Source: an uncultured virus (IMG/VR IMGVR_UViG_3300027785_001786)
Lineage: Duplodnaviria; Heunggongvirae; Uroviricota; Caudoviricetes
Length of the DNA: 20,000 nucleotides
Reading direction: 5' to 3' (one strand)
IMG/VR virus record: IMGVR_UViG_3300027785_001786
The notes below the pieces were generated by a model. It had not been told where the DNA came from, ran no database searches, and saw only the letters and a list, made by a program, of their open reading frames with translations. Made by a program: the position numbers and the translations under genes. Position 1 is the first letter of the stretch; each line of letters starts with the position of its first letter. Positions 8,313 through 16,248 of the stretch are shown here, piece by piece.

Positions 8313-8340
8313 ATTATACGCTTTTATGCGTAAAGGTCAA
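8313..8340 (-). promoter_or_regulatory. Sigma70-type promoter for the queD-uvsE unit
   Basis: TTGACC (8340-8335), 16-nt spacer, TATAAT (8318-8313), in the intergenic region. Confidence 0.7.
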
Positions 8341-8349
8341 TGGTATTGG

Positions 8350-9846
8350 TTAACCAATCATACCAAATTTAAACCACATGCCCGGAGCACCTGCAACGCA
8401 ACAGATCCAACCAACATTACCGCCAATCTGTGGAACATCGCTCCAACAAATGTCGCCAACATTGTAATTACCTTGTTCAGGCGCACTCGCACCAGTAATG
8501 AATTTTCGGCCAGCGAACCCAATATTACCAGCCACTGCAAACTGTAGCTCTGGATCTGGATTATTTACGTTAACGCTTAGTGTACCAAACGCTCGAATTT
8601 GTCTACGGGTATTTTCTGAAGAACCAATTGTAATACTTCCGCTGTCAGCATAGATGATGTTTTGTTCACCCACTGTTAGATTGAAACTTAGGCTACTAGT
8701 AACGCCTCTATCATTAACTTTAACCAGTTGACTACCTTCACCAAAATTAATTTCTGTTGCTTGTATCTTTTGTGCAGTAGTATCGCTAAGAACCGACGCC
8801 CCATTTACAGTTAATGACGTGAGATTACCCACGCTAGTCAAACTAGAATCTGTAACAGATACACCTAGTGTGGTTTCGTCCAATACTCTATTATTATTAA
8901 TCATTAAACTGCGATGCGCCGCAAGTTCAATATGTTCACTTGACCATAGTCTATCTGGATCAGGGCGTAGGATAAGTTGCTTAGGACTTCCAGAACCCAC
9001 CCACTGCAAACCAATACCGAAAACTGTGCCGTCGGTTGCTAGAAATTTAACGCTGTCAGTACGTTCAATTTTAGTTTCAGTAACAATGTTTTCTGCATGT
9101 ATTGTACCATGTACAAAGAACTTAGCGCCACGACTTGTGACATTTCCAACATGTACATCACCGCCTGTTTTAACTGTAACACGGGCAATATTGTCTGTAG
9201 TAATAGCAACATCGTGATTGCTGTAAGTACCGATGTTTACTGTGCCTGTACTTGGACTGCCAATAACAAATTCTGCACCGTTGTCAACAATACTAAATGA
9301 ACCGTTAGGACTTTCAGTACCAAAACCAACTCGTCCAGTATCGCTATCTACATAAACAAACTGTCCAATCTCAACATTACCATTAACAATTAAGTTGTTT
9401 AATGGACCTAATTGACGCAAACTTGAACGGCTAACGCTACTACCTAACGTATTACCAGTCAGTACTTCGATATTATCTATCTTGTAAGCACGGCCACGCT
9501 CCAAATCCAAATGTAAGTTGGTGTATAGTCTGTTGCCTGGACGGTATACGAGTGTGCTTTCTGTATCGCCAACGTTCCAAGTAACACCTTGTCCGTTTAA
9601 TGACTCTTCGGATTCAGCTCTAAAATTAGTAGTGTCTCCACTGCCGCCGCCAAGTCCCTTATTAATAATTTGGTTAGCTTCGATAACATCGGCAACAATT
9701 CTGCCTTTCACAATCAAATTATCTTGTACACTAGCGCCGCCCAAGATTTCAAGTGACCCAGTAAGGGAAGTAGGACCTTCTACATAACGTAGCAGGGCCT
9801 TGTTAATTACAATTTTATCGTCTAGTATAGTGAATAGTTGGCTCAT
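8350..9846 (-). CDS. Putative tail fibre/virion structural protein with an internal duplication
   Basis: Gly/Ser/Thr/Val-rich. Has fibre-type motifs (GRVGFGTESP, SSLTSVGNLTSLTVNG) and the C-terminal module APEQGNYNVGDICW..GWICCVAGAPGMW. Preceded by a T4 late promoter. Confidence 0.75.
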   Translation of the reverse strand: MSQLFTILDDKIVINKALLRYVEGPTSLTGSLEILGGASVQDNLIVKGRIVADVIEANQIINKGLGGGSGDTTNFRAESEESLNGQGVTWNVGDTESTLVYRPGNRLYTNLHLDLERGRAYKIDNIEVLTGNTLGSSVSRSSLRQLGPLNNLIVNGNVEIGQFVYVDSDTGRVGFGTESPNGSFSIVDNGAEFVIGSPSTGTVNIGTYSNHDVAITTDNIARVTVKTGGDVHVGNVTSRGAKFFVHGTIHAENIVTETKIERTDSVKFLATDGTVFGIGLQWVGSGSPKQLILRPDPDRLWSSEHIELAAHRSLMINNNRVLDETTLGVSVTDSSLTSVGNLTSLTVNGASVLSDTTAQKIQATEINFGEGSQLVKVNDRGVTSSLSFNLTVGEQNIIYADSGSITIGSSENTRRQIRAFGTLSVNVNNPDPELQFAVAGNIGFAGRKFITGASAPEQGNYNVGDICWSDVPQIGGNVGWICCVAGAPGMWFKFGMIG

Positions 9847-9864
9847 GTAGGCAGTCCTTTTGTA

Positions 9865-9872
9865 TATTTATA
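9865..9872 (-). promoter_or_regulatory. T4-type late promoter TATAAATA
   Basis: Exact consensus on the minus strand about 19 nt upstream of ATG 9846, with an AAGGA SD in between. Confidence 0.7.
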
Positions 9873-9896
9873 CCAAAAGACACAAACATAAAAGCC

Positions 9897-9926
9897 AAAA
9901 GAAAGCCCAGGAGTCCTGGGCTTTCT
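9897..9926 (-). terminator. Rho-independent terminator
   Basis: GAAAGCCCAGG-agt-CCTGGGCTTTC hairpin (9901-9925) followed by a T tract on the minus strand, just after the stop at 9929. Confidence 0.85.
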
Positions 9927-9928
9927 AA

Positions 9929-11134
9929 TTATGCTACTTTGAGTAGGATAGTATCTTCGTTAATGCGTCCGTTCATTCGAGTGTCTGTGGCGTTGATATC
10001 TTCCAAGAACTTACGCAACTGTACCTTGCCAGCGGCTTTGAATTCCTTGAGCTTGTCCTCAGGCTTGCGAACAGTCTTTTGTACACTGGTATTCTCATTA
10101 AATCCAGTGATTGTGGTGCCTTTAACACCTAGCACATTAAACTCTTTAGCAACATACTTGCCCAACTTGCGTGTTTTAGTGTTGAAGATCCACAGTTCGC
10201 TAGTGCCAATAATGTCAGCTGGGTTAATACTCACAAGTTTTAGAGGCTCGTTGGTCTTCATGTACTTGAGTTTGGCAACAATCTTTTCTGCTGGAACTGC
10301 TTTCTTAGCACGTGGCGCACGATTAACTTTGGCTTCTTGTGCCAGCATATCACATGCACTCATAATCTCTTGATAGAATGCAATCAAGTTCTTGATTTGC
10401 TTCTTCGTACGGTGGCTGTAGCCCTCACGTAGCTGTTCGTCTGCACCGCCGGATGCCAACTCCTCCAGCTCAGCTAAATCCTTGCTGTAGAACCCTTTAA
10501 TGATCCTTGCGTGAGCGGCTTTGACTTCTTTGCCTTTGAGCAAGTTAAGCATCTTAAATGCTTTGGGATCAAAAGATTCTGGATCAGTTTGGAAGCCTTC
10601 GATGGCATCTTCAATTTCTTCAGTCATTCTGTAGGCAGATTCTTTAACCCGCTCTTGGATGGTTGGAACATACACCGATGGTTTGGCCGCTTCAGCCGCT
10701 TTGACTTCGTCCGGGTCAACATCATTTTTGCCTTCAGCAATAACTTTGACAATCTCAGCTCGCAACCAAGCGGCCGTGTCGCGTCCTTGATTAAAGTCAG
10801 CGCGGTGTGGAGTCATACCGCGATTCAAACAGCAGGCCACTGCACCCATTGTGGTACCAACACGCGAATCTTTTACTTTTTTGAACGCTGTAATGTCAGA
10901 TTTGACGCAACCAACAGTTTCCATCCACTTGGCAACAGCAGGCTTGTAACTCTTAATGTCACTTTCTAAACGATAGAAATCCATCGAGCGTTTGAAATGA
11001 CGATGGAATGTGTCTGCGTCCCAAGTTTCGCAACCTTCCCAAACTGGGCTATAGTCTTTGACAGCACGAGTACGATGTGCGGTTACTTGTTTCTTAGTAA
11101 TGCGTGACTTTTTTACTGGTGCTTTAGTAGCCAA
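9929..11134 (-). CDS. Hypothetical phage protein (Lys-rich, about 401 aa), probably early-expressed
   Basis: Long clean ORF. The likely start is TTG at 11134 (MATKAPVKK), 6 nt after an AGGAG SD. The C-terminal domain LVSINPADIIGTSELWIFNTKTRKLGKY resembles hypotheticals I recall from T4-like phages (not verified). Confidence 0.8.
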   Translation of the reverse strand: MATKAPVKKSRITKKQVTAHRTRAVKDYSPVWEGCETWDADTFHRHFKRSMDFYRLESDIKSYKPAVAKWMETVGCVKSDITAFKKVKDSRVGTTMGAVACCLNRGMTPHRADFNQGRDTAAWLRAEIVKVIAEGKNDVDPDEVKAAEAAKPSVYVPTIQERVKESAYRMTEEIEDAIEGFQTDPESFDPKAFKMLNLLKGKEVKAAHARIIKGFYSKDLAELEELASGGADEQLREGYSHRTKKQIKNLIAFYQEIMSACDMLAQEAKVNRAPRAKKAVPAEKIVAKLKYMKTNEPLKLVSINPADIIGTSELWIFNTKTRKLGKYVAKEFNVLGVKGTTITGFNENTSVQKTVRKPEDKLKEFKAAGKVQLRKFLEDINATDTRMNGRINEDTILLKVA

Positions 11135-11165
11135 TTTCTGCTCCTGTTTGTTTAACAATGTATGT

Positions 11166-11194
11166 ATTATAGCGTCTCTGGGTCATGATGTCAA
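11166..11194 (-). promoter_or_regulatory. Perfect consensus sigma70 promoter
   Basis: TTGACA (11194-11189), 17-nt spacer, TATAAT (11171-11166). Confidence 0.9.
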
Positions 11195-11896
11195 CCGCTC
11201 TTTTATGTAGGGAACCAAAATAGTTCTTGCCCAAATGTCGTGCCCGTCAATGTTATAGTGGCCGCAAGACATCTGAGTTGCTGGAAAATTTCGAATTAAA
11301 TAATCTGAAAATGTTTCCTTCAAATGATTTTGACTAGGATCAGGAGTTGCCAATTTCATCTTCTCAATTTCTGTAGCTGTACACTTGGGCATATTGTCCA
11401 TGTAATACTCAAATTTTTCATACACATCCAAATACGAATCGGTAAACCAAATGAATTTCTTTTTATGAAAATGTAATAAATTTATTAAACTGTAAAAATT
11501 TATATACCATAATCGATTAAAATGATTGTCGCCGGTAAGTATACCATAGTACTGATTTAAGGCTGTCTTAAATTGTCGACCCTTAGGATCTAAGCTATCA
11601 GGTTTAATTATACTAATTGCTTCATTTTCAGAAGTAATCAATTTAAACCAACTTGTGTTTGTTGGTAAATGAACAAGTAGTATGTCATCGGGCAAACTGC
11701 TAGGCAAAAATCCGTATACATCTGTATAGATCTGATCTAAGCCATTTCCTGTACGTGCTAGATTAATACATTCACACTTTAAGTCGTTGGCAACAACCTG
11801 AGGATATGCAAATTTACTAATAGCATCAGTATCTCCTTTGATATCCTGCAAATTATATCCAGTAGTATGACTACTGCCAAATGCTATTATTCTCAT
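11183..11896 (-). CDS. SGNH/GDSL hydrolase-like protein
   Basis: MRIIAFGSSHTTG (block I), INLARTGNG (block II), C-terminal GHYNIDGHDIWA (block V). The ATG at 11896 overlaps the upstream TGA (ATGA). Confidence 0.7.
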   Translation of the reverse strand: MRIIAFGSSHTTGYNLQDIKGDTDAISKFAYPQVVANDLKCECINLARTGNGLDQIYTDVYGFLPSSLPDDILLVHLPTNTSWFKLITSENEAISIIKPDSLDPKGRQFKTALNQYYGILTGDNHFNRLWYINFYSLINLLHFHKKKFIWFTDSYLDVYEKFEYYMDNMPKCTATEIEKMKLATPDPSQNHLKETFSDYLIRNFPATQMSCGHYNIDGHDIWARTILVPYIKERLTS

Positions 11897-12414
11897 AATT
11901 CTTCTAAGATATTTTCTAATACCATACAATTACCAGCATCGTCCATATGGTTTATATTGCCAGGGTTACTGGTCCATATATCGTAGTAGCAACTGCTATC
12001 AAAAAAATTTAAATGTATGCTGTTAGGTACAGATGTTAGATCCTTGTACATTAGTTCGTATGTATCTTTGAAATAAATTTCATCCCATATTTGTTTTAAA
12101 ATACTAATAAATTTATCTTCTTTTTTATCGTGTATATCTGCTAAGATTAAATCGCACAATGGATGACTTGGTAGTAATCTACTCCATATAGTCTCTGTAT
12201 TTTTTAGATATACTCTGCTAAAACTGGTGTGACAAAAAATTACACGGTCGCTGGGATTGATGTTTATCTTGTGCTGTTGATATGTTTTCCATATTCTATA
12301 TTCGCTACTACCATTGCTGGCAAGATTAATAACATTGGGACCAAGCATCTTGCTCCATGATTTGCTATCAGAGCTTGACGCAAAACTATCTCCAAATATC
12401 CAAATTCTATTCAT
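11893..12414 (-). CDS. SGNH/GDSL hydrolase-like protein
   Basis: MNRIWIFGDSF (block I), INLASNGSS (block II), C-terminal NHMDDAGN. Start re-assigned to ATG 12414, which overlaps the upstream gene end. Confidence 0.7.
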   Translation of the reverse strand: MNRIWIFGDSFASSSDSKSWSKMLGPNVINLASNGSSEYRIWKTYQQHKININPSDRVIFCHTSFSRVYLKNTETIWSRLLPSHPLCDLILADIHDKKEDKFISILKQIWDEIYFKDTYELMYKDLTSVPNSIHLNFFDSSCYYDIWTSNPGNINHMDDAGNCMVLENILEEL

Positions 12415-13603
12415 AGTAAGGTCTGATCTCTTCCACAATCTCTTCCGGCAAAATATCCAACAAGTTTTCATTACGCACAGTATCGTGTTGTTTGAATGTT
12501 TTGTAGGCTTGTTTGATTTCATCATCACTGGGCTGTTGACTATACATCAAACTAACAATGCCTGCGATGTCGTTTTTATATCTGCCCCAATCGTAGGTAG
12601 CCCACTTGGCCTTAATACGATCTTTAAGTGTGGCAGGAATCATATACACTGCCATATGCGGCGGATAGTGAATAATGTTATTCCATATTTTAAATTCATC
12701 TAGTTCATCTTTGACAAACGTATGAAATTCTGGTAACTCCCAAGCATTGATCCAACCAATAGTATGGCTAACGCTTGGTCCTATTTTTCTGCGATTGATA
12801 GTTTTAATCATGTCGTTATAGGCAAACATATTGGCCTTGACTTCTTCCCATTCGCCAGGATGTCTTAAGTAATTGTATACTTTGCCCATGCCGTCAACAC
12901 TAAGCCCGAGCCCAATGTGTCTAAAATTCTCTACTAGATCTGCAACTGTATCTCCAGCATAGATAGTGCAGTTAGTACTAATATCCATGTTGATATTCTT
13001 AGCCAAGTCTTGTTCAATAAACTCCTGCCACAGTATCTTCCAACGATTAATGTAAAAAGGCTCACCGCCTACAATTTCTAATCTAGCAACACTGGGCATC
13101 CACTCACTACGCTTGTTCCATAACACGCTGTCGTTTTCGCCACTCTGTCCTTCGGGCATTTTGTAACCAGTATTACCCCAGATAACTTTGTGTTCAGCTT
13201 GCCACAAACTGCTATGACTCGGCGTACAGCTACGACATTTCAAGTTACAGGCATTGCTCAGTATCATTTGATACTCTACTGGGAATTCTGGCTCTTTAGT
13301 ATAGTCCGGTAAAAAATAAAAATCACCTTCAATGTGACGTTGACGCTTGCTTGTGTAGTTGTTCTGTTCGTCAACAATACAAGTTTCGCAAGCACTGGGT
13401 TTGGCACCGTCACGAAACTGCTGTCGTAAATCCTTCATGTATTTGCTGGAGAATATCTCCTTGACTGAGCTGGTTTGCACATACATTATCTGACCAGCAT
13501 CGTCTTTGATGTGATCCTTGTACAGGCAACAGGGCCGTGCTTTGCCGTCTGGGTCATTACTGAATCCAGTCCAGGGTAATTTACAGTACCAGTTAGAGTC
13601 CAT
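12407..13603 (-). CDS. Radical SAM enzyme with N-terminal SPASM/Twitch-like domain
   Basis: CNLKCRSC (CX3CX2C) and GGEPF; N-terminal YCKLPW..RPCC..ACETC. Start re-assigned to ATG 13603 (MDSNWYC). Confidence 0.9.
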   Translation of the reverse strand: MDSNWYCKLPWTGFSNDPDGKARPCCLYKDHIKDDAGQIMYVQTSSVKEIFSSKYMKDLRQQFRDGAKPSACETCIVDEQNNYTSKRQRHIEGDFYFLPDYTKEPEFPVEYQMILSNACNLKCRSCTPSHSSLWQAEHKVIWGNTGYKMPEGQSGENDSVLWNKRSEWMPSVARLEIVGGEPFYINRWKILWQEFIEQDLAKNINMDISTNCTIYAGDTVADLVENFRHIGLGLSVDGMGKVYNYLRHPGEWEEVKANMFAYNDMIKTINRRKIGPSVSHTIGWINAWELPEFHTFVKDELDEFKIWNNIIHYPPHMAVYMIPATLKDRIKAKWATYDWGRYKNDIAGIVSLMYSQQPSDDEIKQAYKTFKQHDTVRNENLLDILPEEIVEEIRPYYE

Positions 13604-14912
13604 CGTACCACTCAACAAATCTTTTATCCAAGGCATGTCTAAAATTCTTTCCTCTACGGGTGTCATATTGCACAATGAAGTTCTTCAAATCATTGTACGC
13701 ATCTTTAATTTCGTAATCTTGATCAATCCAGCCTGCATCCATAGTACTTATGAATCGCAATATGTGCTGTTGTTCTTTATCGTTAAGCAGTTTTTTATTC
13801 AACACGAACCAATTATTGACTTCATCGGCTAGTATCCTACGCTGTGCGGCGGGAATCATTTGTACACGCATAAACGCAGGGTAATGTACAAAGTTACAAT
13901 TGATCTCCACACGCTTCTTTCCGTACTTAGTCTTTAACTCACGCATGAGTTTCAGATAATCGATAAAACTCCAAACAGCCATATTATTAATGGCAGTGGT
14001 GACATTTAGCATAACACGTCTATGATGTAATATAAAATGTACGTTGGCTAACCATACTGTTTTATCAAAACCATCCCTAACATATTCAGCTTGGTCTAGA
14101 TTGCTTTCCATACTGGTGTGTATGCGTAATTCTACCTTACGGGTTTTGTTCAGTAGAGACTGAAGTTCATCCTTGTAGCAAATCAAATTAGTGTTGACTA
14201 TTAATGTGCCTTTGAATTTTTTAAACATATCCAAACAGCGCCAAAAATTTGGACTCATTAACGGCTCACCACCTGTGATGCGTAAACAGTTCAAATCACG
14301 TTCTATGAGAGGCCACCATTTAAAAAATGATTCAGTGTATGGATTATGATCGTTATCTATAACATCATTACCAGAGTCGGTGTTGTAACGACTGTCTGTT
14401 ATCAAGTTTACATACGGACCGCGCTTCTTTATATCACTTGCCCATTTGCTACTAAAACTTGGCCCACAATATGCACAGGCCAAATTACAAGTACGTTCAA
14501 AAGCAATTTCTAAAAGTGTAGGAGTAACAACCAGCGGTTTACTTTGAAACCAACGTTTAAATATTTTTGTAGGTACGCTGTTAGTTTTTATCACACGATC
14601 ACTCAGTGTTCCATTAGCTTCCGCATTCCAGCAATAACTACAATTGGTTGGCTTGCCGCCTGCCAACATGTCTATACGTTCTTTTAATTTGACAGGAGTG
14701 TTATGTAAAGAGCCAGGATCGTTTTGATCCAACTGTATCTTATGGAACGGGTTATGATGACAACTGGCAGTAGTTCCCTGATACAGCCATATAGTACTTT
14801 CAAACCATTTAGCCCCACAAAATGTAGGGCTAACAGGATCCATTTTTTCTTCTTTAAAGTAAAAATATTTCTTTGCAGGATCCTTGGGTTTAAACCAATT
14901 AAATAGATTCAT
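13593..14912 (-). CDS. Radical SAM enzyme with N-terminal SPASM/Twitch-like domain
   Basis: CNLACAYC and TGGEPLM; N-terminal FCGAKW..SCHH..NCSYCW. Confidence 0.9.
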   Translation of the reverse strand: MNLFNWFKPKDPAKKYFYFKEEKMDPVSPTFCGAKWFESTIWLYQGTTASCHHNPFHKIQLDQNDPGSLHNTPVKLKERIDMLAGGKPTNCSYCWNAEANGTLSDRVIKTNSVPTKIFKRWFQSKPLVVTPTLLEIAFERTCNLACAYCGPSFSSKWASDIKKRGPYVNLITDSRYNTDSGNDVIDNDHNPYTESFFKWWPLIERDLNCLRITGGEPLMSPNFWRCLDMFKKFKGTLIVNTNLICYKDELQSLLNKTRKVELRIHTSMESNLDQAEYVRDGFDKTVWLANVHFILHHRRVMLNVTTAINNMAVWSFIDYLKLMRELKTKYGKKRVEINCNFVHYPAFMRVQMIPAAQRRILADEVNNWFVLNKKLLNDKEQQHILRFISTMDAGWIDQDYEIKDAYNDLKNFIVQYDTRRGKNFRHALDKRFVEWYDGL

Positions 14913-16248
14913 ACCATTCTACAAGCATGGGGCTAAATGTTTTACGGAAATCTTTTCCTCTACGAACATCATATTGTTCGTAAAATTGTTTGAAATCTTT
15001 TTGTGCTGTGGCTTGTACATAACCCTCACCGTGTGGAGTTTTAACAATGTCTAAGTAATCTATCAAACGTTCAATATTACTCTTTTCAAAGTTATTCAAA
15101 TCCGGATTGCCACGATTAAGTTCATACCACTCAGCAAGACGTTTATTATATTCTTGTCTAACGTGATCCGGCAAAGTTAATGCACTTTGGAAACTTGGAA
15201 AACGCAGTATGTTAAGACTAAAGTTAATGTGCCATTGTCCATACGTCTTCTTCCAAGCCATTACTTGATCCAACATCTCAGGCAAACTTTCCAAGCATAA
15301 TGCGTTAATAGTCATCATAACACTTAGACGCATACGTTCTGCTTTAAGCAAGAATTCCATATTACTGATCCATTGACTCCATTCCAATCCGTCACGAATG
15401 TATTCAGCATGTGGCCCTACACTTTCATTGCTGGTATACAGCATCATCTTAACACCGTCAGTACTGTCTAGCATACGTTGTACTACATCTTGCCCGAATC
15501 CCAAATTACTATTAATGGCTAGCTGACATGTACTCTTATTTTTGTTTGCTTTAAACCAATCAAACAACTTCCAAGTGTGCCCACTCATCAAGGGCTCGCC
15601 ACCTGTGATGCGTAACTCTTTCAGTGTGCGGTGTAGGTCACTTTCCCACCATTTAAAAAATGCTTCAATATACGGATTCTCTTCATGAAAGTCAAACAAC
15701 TGATCGTTTTCGTGTACATGAGTAAAATGTCCACGACCATCTGTGACTAGATTAACATAAGGACCGTTCTTCTTAATATCTTTAACCCATGTTGTACTGA
15801 ACGCTGGGTTACAATAACTACAAGCAAACTGACAAGTACGGTCAAATGCTATTTCAAGTGTTTGCAAATCCACATCCTGGTCCACTGGAGTTCTTGTTGC
15901 TTCCAGCAATGCTTCTTCGGTGTATGTCATACTCTTGTAAGGTCTGTCACTTACAGCGTCCACACCCATATCTTCAATCTTCCAGCAGTACTCACACCCT
16001 GAAGGACGTTCTCCAGCCAACATCTTACGGCGATCTTCTTTCTTCTGGGGAGTGTTATGAATTGCCTTGGGATTAAATTTAACTATTTGTATGTCTGCTT
16101 TATGTGCAGGCGGATGATGACAACTTGTTGTTTGCCCTGATCCAAGCCAGATAGTGGCATTGTACCACTTGGCTCCGCAGAAGCTGGGGCTAATAGCATC
16201 CAGTACACGTTTTTTATATTCTAAATCGGTTTCGTTAGGTCTTTTCAC
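14899..16248 (-). CDS. Radical SAM enzyme with N-terminal SPASM/Twitch-like domain
   Basis: CQFACSYC and TGGEPLM; N-terminal FCGAKW..SCHH..GCEYCW; GTG start. Confidence 0.9.
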   Translation of the reverse strand: MKRPNETDLEYKKRVLDAISPSFCGAKWYNATIWLGSGQTTSCHHPPAHKADIQIVKFNPKAIHNTPQKKEDRRKMLAGERPSGCEYCWKIEDMGVDAVSDRPYKSMTYTEEALLEATRTPVDQDVDLQTLEIAFDRTCQFACSYCNPAFSTTWVKDIKKNGPYVNLVTDGRGHFTHVHENDQLFDFHEENPYIEAFFKWWESDLHRTLKELRITGGEPLMSGHTWKLFDWFKANKNKSTCQLAINSNLGFGQDVVQRMLDSTDGVKMMLYTSNESVGPHAEYIRDGLEWSQWISNMEFLLKAERMRLSVMMTINALCLESLPEMLDQVMAWKKTYGQWHINFSLNILRFPSFQSALTLPDHVRQEYNKRLAEWYELNRGNPDLNNFEKSNIERLIDYLDIVKTPHGEGYVQATAQKDFKQFYEQYDVRRGKDFRKTFSPMLVEWYESI

